Shown piece by piece: positions 26,777 to 38,317 of a stretch of DNA of 64,000 nt; positions within the stretch are counted from its first letter, which is position 1; each line of letters starts with the position of its first letter. Source of the DNA: Felis catus (Eukaryota); NCBI RefSeq assembly GCF_018350175.1, contig NC_058368.1:191396001-191460000 (forward strand), in the 5' to 3' direction. The notes beneath the pieces were generated by a model that made no database searches, was not told the origin of the DNA, and worked only from the letters and a program-made list of their open reading frames with translations. A program made the translations under genes and the position numbers.

Positions 26777-26899
26777 CCCAAGCAGGTTCTACATCTAGCA
26801 CAGAGCACGACGCAGGGCTCCATTCCAAGGCCATGAGATCATGACCTGAGCCAAAATCAAGAGTCAGGTGCTCAACAGACTGAGCAAACCAGGCACCCC
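26431..26899 (-). mobile_element. Older Can-SINE whose tail hosts a second SINE
   Basis: Head ends AGGCACCCC at 26899; (GA)n 26721-26773; flanks TCAATATG at 26423-26430 and 26900-26907. Confidence 0.9.
26473..26671 (-). mobile_element. Nested Can-SINE, slightly 5'-truncated
   Basis: TSD GATTTTATTTTA at 26461-26472 and 26672-26683. Confidence 0.92.
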
Positions 26900-26939
26900 T
26901 CAATATGGGTTTTGATCCTCCACAGGATATTTATTATTT

Positions 26940-27386
26940 TAGGAGATATTTAGCAACCTTTTTCTTATGCTTTTGGGATACCCCAATCTTTTTTTGGGAA
27001 GGCCTATCCTGCCTGGTAGATAAACATAATAAAGCTGATAATCAGGTTGTTCTGCCCTCACTTGACTGTGGGATGGGCATATGACCTAAGCTTGGCCAAC
27101 ATGAAGCCATACTCTACCAGCACCACCACTCCATATGACGAATCTTGAGCTGAGTGACACAAAGATGGGAAATATAGGTTGGAGCTCATTCCAGTGAAAC
27201 CAGTCTTGTTAAGGTAATTAGTTAATGCTATCCCAAGGCTACTCCATACCTTCTCTGTGTCCTTTCCTTTTCTGAACCTCATTTTCCACCCTCCCCTTAT
27301 AATCTGTGAACTATTTTATATCCTTCCAATGGACTCTTTAAGTTTGGCCATAACAGATTTCCTATATCCGAAGAACCTACACCAAC
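26940..27386 (+). mobile_element. ERVL-class LTR remnant (LTR33-like)
   Basis: GGGATGGGCATATGACCTAAGCTTGGCCAA motif and LTR-like 3' end. Confidence 0.5.
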
Positions 27387-27539
27387 AAATTATAAAAGAT
27401 ATGTGTCTGTCTCCACAGAGCTTCTCTTTTATTCTTGACACTTGTTCTTCAGCAACTTTAGCTTGCCCGTGGCTCATCATGGTTTTCCAAGCCTCACTAT
27501 ACAGCCTTGATTGGTAAACCTTAATGTAAGTAAGATAGA

Positions 27540-27670
27540 GTGTTTCTTAAACATTCTTTCCCATCTGTGTCATCCATGAATCTGAAATCTGGAGATGGAA
27601 CCTGAGAATCTGCATTTTAATAAGAGTGCCAGTTAATTCTGGTGCAGGTAGTCTCTAAAGATGCTGCTCT
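27540..27670 (+). mobile_element. MER5-type hAT-Charlie fragment
   Basis: GAATCTGAAATCTGGAG...GAATCTGCATTTTAATAAG...AATTCTGGTGCA matches recalled MER5A 3' half. Confidence 0.7.
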
Positions 27671-27883
27671 GGGGGATCCTGGGTGGCTCAGTTGGTTAAG
27701 TGTCCAACTTTGGCCCAGGTCATGATCTCACGGTCCGTGGGTTTGAGCCCTGCGTGAGGCTCTGTGCTGACAGCTCAGAGCCTGGAGCGTGCTCTACATT
27801 CTGTGTCTCCTTCTCTCTCCGCCCTTCCCCTGCTTGCGCTCTCTCTCTCTCTCAAAAATAAATAAAAACATTAAAAAATTAAA
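27671..27883 (+). mobile_element. Can-SINE (felid SINEC_Fc-type)
   Basis: Full body; degenerate TSD ATG(C/A)TGCTCTG. Confidence 0.94.
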
Positions 27884-28714
27884 TATGATGCTCTGCATCA
27901 TAAACTCTCAGCATTTGCTCCTACTAGGCTGACTTTCTTGTCTGAATATTTCTTAGTTCATGTTTCTGAGAGAAAAAGGCTATTTGACCCCAGTCTTTTT
28001 CACATGCCTGGTTTAACCAGTCTATGGTGACTACTCTCTGCCCAACTGGCCAAGAGATGGGGAGATGGGGGTGTGACAAGGTCACAAGGTTCACTTGGAG
28101 CCATCCCTGATATAGGATCAGTGGTACAGTTTTACTCATAAACGGCTATGAGTGTTGGACAACGTATTTGATGTTGCAAGACCCCTGATTAAGAAAGCAG
28201 GTTTCTGACTAACTTTCCAGTACTTTTTGCCTCTGACCACCCTCCATTTACAAGGTCTCTCTGACATTATTCATCTTTTGACAATAAGATCCAAGATATA
28301 ATGAAAGGTGTTTAACAATTCTCCTACCTAGGAGTTGCAGACCTCTAATGAATAATTGTTAGGCTGATTACTTAAACACCCATATTCTCTTGTTAATCAC
28401 TTTAATTACCACCTCCTGAATCTTCTATGCAGTGAAAACACGAAAAACCCTACCTCCCAGAGAATGATAATGCTTTCATGTAGGGCCTTAAACTTCTTCA
28501 TAGGAACATTAGGTCTTACGTTACTAGACTAGATCCTATTTTTAAGGAAACATATGACCCAAGTGCCCAAACTTACAAAGATTACAAATGGGAAAGGAAA
28601 CCTTCTTATTTTTAAAAATTAGTCTACCAAAAACATAGAGTTGTGCCTGGGAGTTTACTTAATCAGTCTCTTTGTAGGTGAGTTCAGTTACTGGCTTCCT
28701 TCTGCATACAAAAC

Positions 28715-29330
28715 TTTTGGGAACCTAGGACAGGAAATGATGGACACATGCTCCTTGCCTTTGAGGAACCCAGAGTCCAGTGGTGGAGACAGATACCGAA
28801 AAAGAGGAAAAAATACACTATGAGAATTACTGTACAGGTGTATGAATATAGAGTTATAAGAGTAGAGGAAAGAAACCAGTCAATTTGTTCTGAGAGGAGT
28901 GGGGAAGAGAAAAGACAGGAATCTGAGAAGCGTCTGATAGGCCAGCAAGTTAACCCAGTGAGGAGAGTGGAGGCCATTCAAGACAGACCCAACAGCCTGT
29001 GTAAAAGAACAGAAACTAAGGACACCACGGACATTAGAAGAATCAATGGCAATATGGTAAGACTGGACCACCATGGTGGAACTGGGAATACGGATTATGA
29101 AGGACCGACATGTTTCATAAATGGACACCCACTAAAAGCTCGTATCTACTAAACGAAAAATAACTTTGAGAGGAGGCTGGAGGATGGTTTGTGGAAGGAG
29201 AAGTTGGGGGCAGGATGGCAGACAGAAAACTGCCTTATGATCAGAAGAGAAATCTGTAGAAGCTGGGATAGAAAGGAGCAAACCATTCCAGAAATATTTC
29301 AGAACCAAAATGGGCTGTATTTGGTTAAAG
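28715..29330 (-). mobile_element. L2 fragment
   Basis: Purine-rich reverse L2 (CCTTGCCTTTGAGGAACCCAGAGTCCAGTGG...AACAGCCTGTGTAAAAG). Confidence 0.6.
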
Positions 29331-29344
29331 GGACTTATAGGTGT

Positions 29345-29845
29345 CAATAGCATGAGTTTGGGAATAAGATGACCCTGATTATAAGCTGAAGCCCTGCCAC
29401 TCACTAGCCATACAACATCACACAAGTCATCCCATCTCTCTGAGCCTCCCCTTTCTCATCTTTAAAATATAGACAGTGTTGGGGATCCTGGGTGGCTCAG
29501 TCAGTTAAGCATCCGACTTCAGCTCAGGTCATGCTCTCACAGTTCATGAGTTCGAACCCTGCATCAGGCTCTCTGCTGTCATCACGGGGCCTGCTTGGTA
29601 TCCTCTGTCCCCCTCACACTCTGCTCCTCTCTCGCTCACACATGTGTGTGGTCTCTCTCTCTCTCTCTCTCCCTCTCTCTCTCAAAAATAAACATTAAAG
29701 AAAGAATGAAGGAGAGAAAGGAAGAAAGACAATGCAATTGAGAGGACCAAATAAGCTAACGGTGTAAAGCACTTAGTATAAATTAAAGCACATACTAAAT
29801 GCTCAATGCTCCTTGAACAGTGACACTATTACTACCATTATTACT
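29345..29845 (+). mobile_element. MIR split by a SINE
   Basis: CTCTCTGAGCCTC...CTCATCTTTAAAAT before the SINE and TGTAAAGCACTTAG...GCTCAAT after it. Confidence 0.65.
29481..29700 (+). mobile_element. Can-SINE
   Basis: GGGGATCCTGGGTGGCTCAG head, GTTCGAACC, (CT)n, tail. Confidence 0.93.
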
Positions 29846-29959
29846 ACAAATATGTAATGAATAATTCATGGGGAGATGGCAGGGAAGAGAAACAGAAATA
29901 ACCGTCTAGCTTGGGAGTCTTCTAATGACAATGCTATAAACTGAAATATGCTACTAATC

Positions 29960-30172
29960 AGGACACCTGGATGGCTCAGTTGGTTAAGCATCCGACTTCA
30001 GCTTAGGTCATGATCTCACAGTTCCTGAGTTCGAGCCCCACATTGGGCTCAGCGCCTGGAGCCTGCTTCAGATTCTGTGTCTTCCTCTCTTCCTCTGTCC
30101 CTCCCCGACTCACACTCTGTCTATCTCTCTCTCTCTATCTTTCAAAAATAAATAATAATAAAAAAATTAAAA
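29960..30172 (+). mobile_element. Can-SINE with a small internal deletion
   Basis: Head, B-box and tail present; lacks the TGTGCTGACAGC segment; degenerate TSD. Confidence 0.93.
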
Positions 30173-30194
30173 GACAGAAATACACTATTAATTG

Positions 30195-30390
30195 AAAAAC
30201 TAACACTTATTCAGAGTTTACCAAATGCCACCAGTATTCTGGGAGGTTCATATACATGATCTCTTTTAGTACTTGTAAGAAACCCAGATATCATTATTCA
30301 CATTTACAGCGGTAAAAACTGAAGCGCAAAGAAGTAGCTTGAGTGACACAGCTAATAAGTAAAGGAACATAGAGTCTGAACACTAACACT
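30195..30390 (-). mobile_element. MIR fragment
   Basis: CATTTACAGCGGTAAAAACTGAAGC...ACACAGCTAATAAGT. Confidence 0.6.
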
Positions 30391-31347
30391 CTCAGAAGGC
30401 AAGGGAAGTTCTGGGATAGGGCAAAGGTACCTTGGTAAGGGGAGAGAGGTATCATTCATTTAACAAGCTCAGAGACACTAAAATGGACTAGAGTAGTGGA
30501 GTTGGAAATGTGGTGTGTTCATAAATCATTTTTCTACTCAAAAGAAAGACCAAGTAACAGAGAACCTGAGACAGTAAAGCATGAAGAACTATTGCTAGCA
30601 GAAGATTAATCAGAAATGCAAAAGTGTCTCAAAAATCGCTTTGCAAGGCAGAGAGAAAATACCACTGGAGTAACACAAGTTTGATTTCTGTGCGACTTCT
30701 CAGGAAGCAACCCATGTGTGAAGGAGAGAAGTATCTTTATGACTCCATTCTCCCAATGCTTGCATTCCCAGCGTCAACCGTGATATGCGGTTAGAGCCCT
30801 AGTGTTGTTCCGTGAGCAGGGCTGTCTCAGTGAAATAAAAGGGAAGCCAGGAATTTTCCTGTTGGGACTGCCCATCAGGAGATTTTCGATGGCAAGAGAA
30901 AGGAAGGTTGTGGTTTCCCCGCCAAGAGCTCCACCAGAGGCTTTTGGGCAATCTGCAGCCAGTATGTTCTATCTGGTTCTGAATGACAGAGCTAACTGGG
31001 CAGCTGCTTCTGAGAACATCCGAATCAGTGAGGCTTCCTACTGAGTGATTTGGCCCCTGGGCACACTCCCTGACAGAGCAGTCATAGGAGGCTGCAGGGA
31101 AGTAGGAATCTCAGCTGCTAGTCCTGGAAGCTTGCCGAAATAAATCCCTACCCACCATGAACTTGTCTTTACTCTTTAAAGCCCATGTATTTTCTTTCCA
31201 TCTTCAGTGCCGGAACATCCTTTTGTAACTATGCCTGGTATCCAGAATACTTTCCTCTAGAGTAGACAATATCTGTGTAATCTGCTGGTCCCATGACTTA
31301 TTCACTCGTCTACAGCTATGCACATGCATGTAATACATGGGCCTATG

Positions 31348-31386
31348 CACACACACACACACACACGCGCGCGCACACACACACAC
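31348..31386. repeat. (CA)n(CG)n(CA)n microsatellite
   Basis: Direct reading. Confidence 0.9.
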
Positions 31387-31399
31387 GCCTCTGCCATCG

Positions 31400-31761
31400 T
31401 GTTTGTGTGGAATGAACCCATCCTTCTGGTTCTCATTGAACCAAGAACAGACAAATGACTCAAGATCCATCAACCAGATTCTCTTATTTGGGGATTTGGA
31501 ATCTCTGGATGGTGTGTGCTAATATGAGCTGGGAGCCAAGACCAGCGTTTGGGGGAGCACCTTTCCAGTGTAGCAAGAAGCAGGGAGTAGACACTTGGGA
31601 GCTACAGATGGTCATCCAGCCCCTTCCAAGGCCTCACTGAACTTCCTTCTTTTAAACTGCCTGAAATACCCCTGTATTTTTTCAAAAAAATTACCTCTTC
31701 TGGGATTTGGTTAGTTAAAACAAGTACTTGTTACTTATAACTTAAAAGCCTCCACTAAGAC
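31400..31761 (+). mobile_element. ERVL/MaLR-type LTR remnant
   Basis: 3' end TTGTTACTTATAACTTAAAAGCCTCCACTAAGACA resembles MLT1/LTR33-type termini. Confidence 0.45.
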
Positions 31762-31935
31762 ATGCAGCAAAGGAATTTTATATCAATGCAAATATTGCTG
31801 GAAATTTCACTCTCCAGAAGCCCAAGATAAGGCAGAAGCAAGGACTTTCTCTCTGTAATAAATTTGTAAGAAAAATAATAATGATAATAAACAGTGTTTT
31901 TCTCAAAGTAGGCCTACAAATAGTGTGTTATTTAA

Positions 31936-32148
31936 ATTTTTTTTATGTTTATTTATTTTTGAGAGAGAGAGAGAGAGAGAGAGAGAGCAGGTGAGAGGCA
32001 GAGAGAGAGGGAGGCACAGAATCTGAGGCAGGCTCCAGGCTCCAAGCTGTCAGCACAGAGCCTGACGTGGGGCTCGAACCCACAAACCGTGAGATCATGA
32101 CCTGAGCTGAAGTCGGACGCTCAACAGACTGAGCCACCCAGGCACCCC
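31936..32148 (-). mobile_element. Can-SINE (felid SINEC_Fc-type)
   Basis: TSD AATAGTGTGTTATTTAA at 31919-31935 and 32149-32165. Confidence 0.95.
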
Positions 32149-32390
32149 AATAGTGTGTTATTTAATCATGACTGTTGGTGTGGCATTTTAGACCCTACTC
32201 ATAGATGGAGAAACTAAAACATAAGGAAACACCGACATCTGTTCTAACTTTTCTGCATTCTTGGATCTCCAATGTACCCATGTTTGGAATAAGTGGTTTG
32301 AAGATTTATACTATTTTTGAGATGGACAGATCACTGATTATAAAAGGCTAATCATCACTTACTCTTTTCTCTTCTTGAAAGTAACAGAGA

Positions 32391-32557
32391 GGGGTTCCTG
32401 GGTGGCTCAGTCTGCTAAGCGTCTGACTTCGGCTCAGGTCATGATCTCACGGTCTGTGAGTTCGAGCCCCGCGTTGGACTCCGTGCTGACAGCTCAGAGC
32501 CTGGAGCCTGTTTCAGATTCTGTGTCTCCTTCTCTCTCTGCTCCTCCCCTGCTCATC

Positions 32558-32618
<61 letters not shown>

Positions 32619-32687
32619 TCCCTCTCCCTCTCCCTCTCCCTCTCTCTCCCAAAAATAAACAAACATTAAATAAATTGTAACAAAAAA
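32391..32687 (+). mobile_element. Can-SINE with expanded (CT)n/(CTCTCC)n tract
   Basis: TSD AAAGTAACAGAGA at 32378-32390 and 32688-32700. Confidence 0.95.
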
Positions 32688-33402
32688 AAAGTAACAGAGA
32701 AAATTAAATTCCCTGGGACTTGCTTACAGAGAAAATGATACACATTCAAGTTTTCCGTTTAGAGAGCAGTTGTTCATGTTGTCAAACACCCAAGCTCGCA
32801 TTTAATATGCAGATTAGTGGCTGCACAAAATTCAAAATACAAAAAATAAGCATTTTGTTCATAACATTTGCAAGAACATAAGAATGTATGCACCCTATTA
32901 TTACTATTATTTTTTACTTTGGTCCTATCCAGACATAATGCTGTATCTCCTAACTTAATAATCTGGTATGTTTTCAAGTGGTTTCTCTCCACCTACTGAC
33001 TGCCCTTCCCTTACCACCTCCTATCTCGCTTCTCTGGGCTTTCATAACATCTGAATTTTTATGCTTGCCTCTATGTCAACAAATATTATGTTGTGTTAAC
33101 ACCTGTTTAGCTACACTAGGCTGGGAACTTAATAAGGGCAGGAAATTTTGTCCTTTGTCTCTGTATTCTCAACACCTAGTACAATCCCTAGTACATAAGC
33201 AATTATTAACTACCACTGTATGGTAAAAAGTGGGCATATATTATCCACCCAAATAAACTATATGTATCCCAGAAGCATGTCACTTTGGACTCTATGGGTG
33301 TAAATTCGTGTTTACTAATTAAGTACATGATCTTTCACTCATGATATACATCTAGGCTAAGTGCTAGGGGGAGGAGAAGGATGGAGAAAAAAGCATAAGA
33401 TA

Positions 33403-33631
33403 GGGGCACCTGGATGGCTCAGTTAGTTAACTGTCCAACTTTCCATCTCAGTTCAGGTCATGATCTCACGCTTCATGAATTCGAGCCCAGGGTCAGGCTC
33501 TGAGCTGTCAGCGCAGATCCTATCTCTTCCTCTTCCCCAAGATTCTGCTTGGGATTCTGTCTCTTCCTCTCTCTGCTCCTCCCCTGCTTGTGCTCTCTCT
33601 CTCTCTCTCAAAATAAATAAATAAACTTTAA
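33403..33631 (+). mobile_element. Can-SINE with an internal insertion
   Basis: Flanked by AAAAAAGCATAAGA at 33387-33400 and 33632-33645. Confidence 0.93.
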
Positions 33632-33711
33632 AAAAAAGCATAAGACATTATTAATTTGATGGAGGCTAGAGAGAAAGTACTTCTATAAAACACGTCATGA
33701 CTATGTTTCCT

Positions 33712-33960
33712 GCATTACTGAGATATGATTGGCAAATAAAAATTATATATATTTAAGGCATACACTGTAAAATGATTACCACAACCCATCACCTCACATA
33801 GCTACACCTCTGCACATAGGTATATGCTGACAACACTTGAAATCTCCTCTCTTGGCAGATTTCAGTTATATAATACATTACTACTCAAGACAGTCACCAT
33901 GTTGTACATTAGGTCTCCAGAACTTACTCTTCTCATAACTGAAAGTGTATATCCTTTGAA
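33712..33960 (-). mobile_element. L1 (L1MA-class) 3' end
   Basis: GTCACCATGTTGTACATTAGGTCTCCAGAACTTA...ATAACTGAAAGT reverse L1MA 3' UTR. Confidence 0.8.
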
Positions 33961-33989
33961 ACCTGTCAGACCTATTGTCAGCAGTAGCA

Positions 33990-34225
33990 GCCTATCATTC
34001 AATCCCTTATTATATATCAGGTATTATGTTAAGTTCTGTACATGCATTATCTCATTTCACGATCAGAAGCCTTTACCAGCTCGGTGCTCTTAACTATTCC
34101 CACTTTACCGGTTGAGAAGCTGGGGTCCACAAAGTTTTAAGTAATTTGTTCCAGGCCACCCAGCTAATAAGTGGCAGAACAGAGTTTTGAACTCAGGTTG
34201 GCCAGTCTCTACAGTTAATACTAAC
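33990..34225 (-). mobile_element. MIR
   Basis: Near-full reverse MIR (CATTATCTCATTT...CAGCTAATAAGTGGCAGAAC...TTTGAACTCAGG). Confidence 0.7.
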
Positions 34226-34313
34226 TAGATGCCAGAGACAACGATACCAATTTGATGGGCACTAATTGTATAGCGAAAGGATAGAGCAATGAGACCTGAT
34301 AAAGAAAATTGCT

Positions 34314-34485
34314 GGGGTGTCTGGGTGGCTCAATTAAGTGCCCAACTCTTGGTTTCTGCTCAGGTCATGATCTCCCCGTGTATAAGTTCAAGCCCCACAT
34401 CAGGCTCTGTGCTGACAGAGCGGAGTCTGCTAGGGGTTCTCTCTCTTCCCCCCTCTCTCTCTTTCTCAAAAAAAATTTTTTTTAA
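34314..34485 (+). mobile_element. Can-SINE (shortened body)
   Basis: GGGGTGTCTGGGTGGCTCAA head, GTTCAAGCCC, tail. Confidence 0.9.
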
Positions 34486-35079
34486 AGAAGAAAACCTTTG
34501 CTATGTTTCGGAGTATTTCAACCTGGGAATCCTTACTTAGGCATAAGGCATGTACACATATTATGAAATTATAACAGTTGGAAGTAATCTTTCTTAAGAA
34601 AAGCCCTTAAATAATGGTAAACAGTTTTTATAATAGTTGAAAGCTTAATGATGAGCCGAATTTACTGCCAAAGGTTACGTTGGAAGGCTCCCAGGCATCA
34701 CGACAGGGAATGGGGCAGGACTTGTGTGGAATTTATTGTTCCTGAGGAGAGCAGCAGCCCCAGAACCACTAATCAGATCATAAATCAGCAGAGTGACTAC
34801 TGTGGACTCTTCCAGAGACACAGAAAGACAAACAAGTGGCTTGAAAGTAAACGAAAGCAGGTCTCTCAAGCTCCCTCACCTCGCACAAAAGAGCTATGAA
34901 TCACCTTGGTAAAGGATTCATCATCTTTAGGTGTCACCTGGGTCATAACAGAGGTTTTCAGTTGTGTGCAGGATGGCTTATATCAGAGATACAAAAAGCC
35001 AAGAAGAATAGGGCAGTAGCAGCATTCAAAAACCATTGGTGAGAGCGAATTCCCATTATGGGCATATTGGCACAAACCA

Positions 35080-35445
35080 TGTGATTGGAGAGAGCACTGA
35101 AACAGGAGTCTAGAAATCTGGACTCGTTTCCCAGTTCTGCCACTAACTATCCTGTAGGATTGTGCTGAAATGCTATGAGCCTTCATGTCTCCATTTATCA
35201 AATAAATACTTAGCCGATGAACCCTTAAATTCTTAATTTTTAACTGGTATTGACTACAGGTGGAAGCATTTTATTTATGGGAATTCTGGTAGATTGAAAG
35301 TCAGAACACCTGGCTGTTATTTAGTCTGACTACACAACTGAGGATTCTCTCCCCTCTCCCCCACGAGCCTCAGTTTCCCCATCTTTAAAATAAGACGTCT
35401 CATTAGACAGTCTCCAACACTGCTTTCAGCTGCAGTGGTCTTTGA
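35080..35445 (+). mobile_element. Two tandem MIR fragments
   Basis: GGAGTCTAGAAATCTGG...CTGCCACTAACT and GCCTCAGTTTCCCCATCTTTAAAAT. Confidence 0.6.
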
Positions 35446-35874
35446 CTCTGCATTTCTGAATCTCAGAATATTAACTTTCGAAAATACCACGGGTGATCAT
35501 TTCACCTAAAAGAAGGAATTTTTTTCTGCTTGCCCAGGAGTCGAATACAAGTAAAATTCTGAAATAAAAACAGCAGAAGGATAGATCAGGTTCTGACAAG
35601 ACTAACAAATCTATGTCCTTATCCGCAGGGGAAATGTACAGTCTGGATTTTTTAGAGAAGGAATCAGAAAAAAAAAAAAAAAAAAAAAAAAAAAACACAT
35701 TCCCACAACATTCCTGGTGGGAATACAAATGCAAATGCAGGTTTGCTGGCTGGAGTCAGAGCTGTGGAGAGTCACAGGTCAGAGCTGCTGGAAGATATGC
35801 ACAAAATCAGGCATAAACACCCCTTTATCCCACCATCTCCTCTTCTATAACATGGCTTGCACGTGTGCCCACCA

Positions 35875-35912
35875 GTGTGTGCGTGCGTGTGTGTGTGTGT
35901 GTGTGCTCCTAC

Positions 35913-35949
<37 letters not shown>

Positions 35950-35970
35950 TGTGTGTGTGGGTGCGTGCGT
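35875..35970. repeat. Interrupted (TG)n microsatellite
   Basis: Direct reading. Confidence 0.9.
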
Positions 35971-36155
35971 GCTAGGCACATTCTCATTAAATCCTCAATC
36001 GTCTAGAGGGTTGGTATGACCTTACTCCTATTTTAACGGTTAAGGAAACTGAAACCCAGCGTTAAGTTCTTTGCCCCAGGACACACATACACTTAACACC
36101 CCGGTTGGCTTTTGAACTGAGGTGTGGCTGATTCCAGAGGTCTTCACTACCACAT
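35971..36155 (-). mobile_element. MIR fragment
   Basis: CTCATTAAATCCTCA...AAGGAAACTGAAACCCAG...TTGCCCCAGGACACACA. Confidence 0.65.
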
Positions 36156-36301
36156 AGTTGCTGCTCTCTTAGAGTTCCTACAGTTCTGCTATTTAGTTGC
36201 TATACAAATCTGGATAAGTTACTGCAAAACTCCCCAATTCAGCTTTTCCAGCCAGAAAATGGGTAGCAAAAAATGACAGTGTAACCTCTTTGTCTTTCTT
36301 A

Positions 36302-36575
36302 CTATAAAGGACAACATAAAATATAAAACCAAAACAGATGAACGTAGAGGAAGGGAAGGACAAATAAGATAAAAACAGAGAAAAGAGTGAACTGTAAGAG
36401 ACTCAAATCCAGAGAACAAACTAAGCGTTGCTGGAGGGGAGGTAGGCGGGGGATGGGGCTAAGTGGATAAGAAGGGCACTTGCTGGGATGAGCACTGGAT
36501 GTTGTATGTAAGGGATGGATCACTATATTTTAACTAACTTTGATTTAAATAAAATAAAAAAAAATAATAAAAGTA
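36302..36575 (+). mobile_element. Carnivore L1 3' UTR fragment with A-rich tail
   Basis: GAGAACAAACTAAGCGTTGCTGGAGGGGAGG...GATGAGCACTGGATGTTGTATGTAAG. Confidence 0.85.
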
Positions 36576-36790
36576 GGGGCACCTAGGTGGCTCAGTCATT
36601 TGAGTGTCCGACTTTGGCTCAGGTCATGATCTCATGGTCCGAGAGTTCTAGCCCCACATCAGGCTCACTGCTGTCAGCCTGTCAGGGCAGAGCCCATATC
36701 ACACCCTCTGCCCCCCTCTCTCTGCCTCTCCTCTGCTTGCGCTTTCCCAAAAATAAATAAAGTATTAAAAATAAATAAGTAAATAAATAA
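36576..36790 (+). mobile_element. Can-SINE at the L1 tail
   Basis: GGGGCACCTAGGTGGCTCAG head directly after the L1 A-rich tail. Confidence 0.92.
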
Positions 36791-37843
36791 GATTTTAAAT
36801 TAAGCCAAACTAGGCAATGCCTATGAGAGTAGTGGCAAGACTGTTTCTGTTTTCATGCCTGGGTCTTCTAATCTATCAATTTGTTAAAACAACTGCCTTA
36901 GTATACAGAGTTGTGGTGAGGATGGCATTTTTTTTAATGTGAAAATTCTTGGGAAAATTGAAAACCTATAGACAATTTGTTTTCATTATTTCCATCATCA
37001 TTTGAACATAATAAGATAAAATGTAGTGGTTGGAAATGCAAAAAAAAAATCCTGTATTCCTATATTTTATTTAAAAAATATCCTCTTCCAAAACTGTACT
37101 GCATATGATAAGGAACGTCAGAAGCCAGAAAGGGTGTTTTTGCAAGAAAGAACATTTGCATCCAAAGGAAATTCTGTGATGATTCAATTGTCTCAATCAC
37201 GCATCTCTGAGGAGTAAACTTGGAGGGGACAACAGTTATCAGCAGAAGCTGTCAAAAAAGCTTTCAGTTAGCATCGTTTTGACCCAGATGGTGAGACAAC
37301 CAGCAACGCCTAATTCTGAGCCTTCGTACCTGCTTCACCGATGGGAAGCATGAAGAATCCAGCTGCACCCACAGAAAAATCATTCTGATGTACAAAATGA
37401 GCAGGTTACAGTTTCATAAATACAGTTTGCTGTTTTATGTGTTTAATTAAATACATGCCACATCCGTGAGTTCTAACTTTGCAGTTTATACATGCTAGGA
37501 CATTTGATGCTTAGAATGAAAAGTATATAGGTATTGGCTAAAAGCCATGTTATTTTTATAGCAAGGGATGAAAGATGAGTAAATTCAATCTGTCTTACCT
37601 CCAGCCCCAAATACTTTTTCTAAGTTGCAGATGTAGCGCCTGGTGACCACAGCTATCTCCTTTAGTGTACTGATCGGGTTTGGCTGTGTGGGGTGAAATG
37701 CAGAACTTACACATCTTCAACTCAATTAAAAAAATGCAAACTCAGTTTTATTTGCCAGTAGTCACTAATAAACCAAAACCCAGTCAAACTTGCTCGAAGC
37801 AGCAAAAAGTAAGAACATGTACTTCGGTTTAAAGTATAACATG

Positions 37844-38317
37844 GGGAGCCTAAAAGTCCATCAACTGACAAATGGATAAAGAAACTGTGGTTTATATACA
37901 TAATGGAATACTACGTGGCAATGAGAAAGAATGAAATCTGGCCTTTTGTAGCAATGTGGATGGAACTGGAGAGTGTTATGCTAAGTGAAAAGTCATACAG
38001 AGAAAGACAGATACCATATGTTTTCACTCTTATGTGGATCCTGAGAAACTTAACAGAAGACCATGGGGGGTGGGGAAGAAAAAAAAAAAAAGAGGTTAGA
38101 GAGGGAGGGAGCCAAAACGTAACAGACTCTCAAAAACTGAGAACAGAGGGTTGATGGGGGGCGGGAGGGAGGGGAGGGTGGGTGATGGGTATTGAGGAGG
38201 AAACCTGTTAGGATGAGCACTGGGTGTTGTATGGAAACCAATTTGACAATAAATTTCATATTTAAAAGAAAAAATAAAATACAATATATACCAAAAAAAA
38301 TAAATAAAATAAAAAAA
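37844..38317 (+). mobile_element. Young 5'-truncated felid L1 (L1_Fc-like) 3' end
   Basis: ORF2 tail (MEYYVAMRKNEIWPF...), 3' UTR, A tail; TSD TAAAGTATAACATG at 37830-37843 and 38318-38331. Confidence 0.93.

Noticed and set aside
28748..29152. 134-aa plus-strand charged ORF
   Set aside because: Lies in an antisense L2 remnant; purine bias explains the open frame
35600..35695. Branch point plus acceptor (GACTAAC...TCCGCAG) followed by a poly(A) run, as terminal exon or retrocopy tail
   Set aside because: No donor, no adjacent poly(A) signal and no TSD; likely a simple homopolymer
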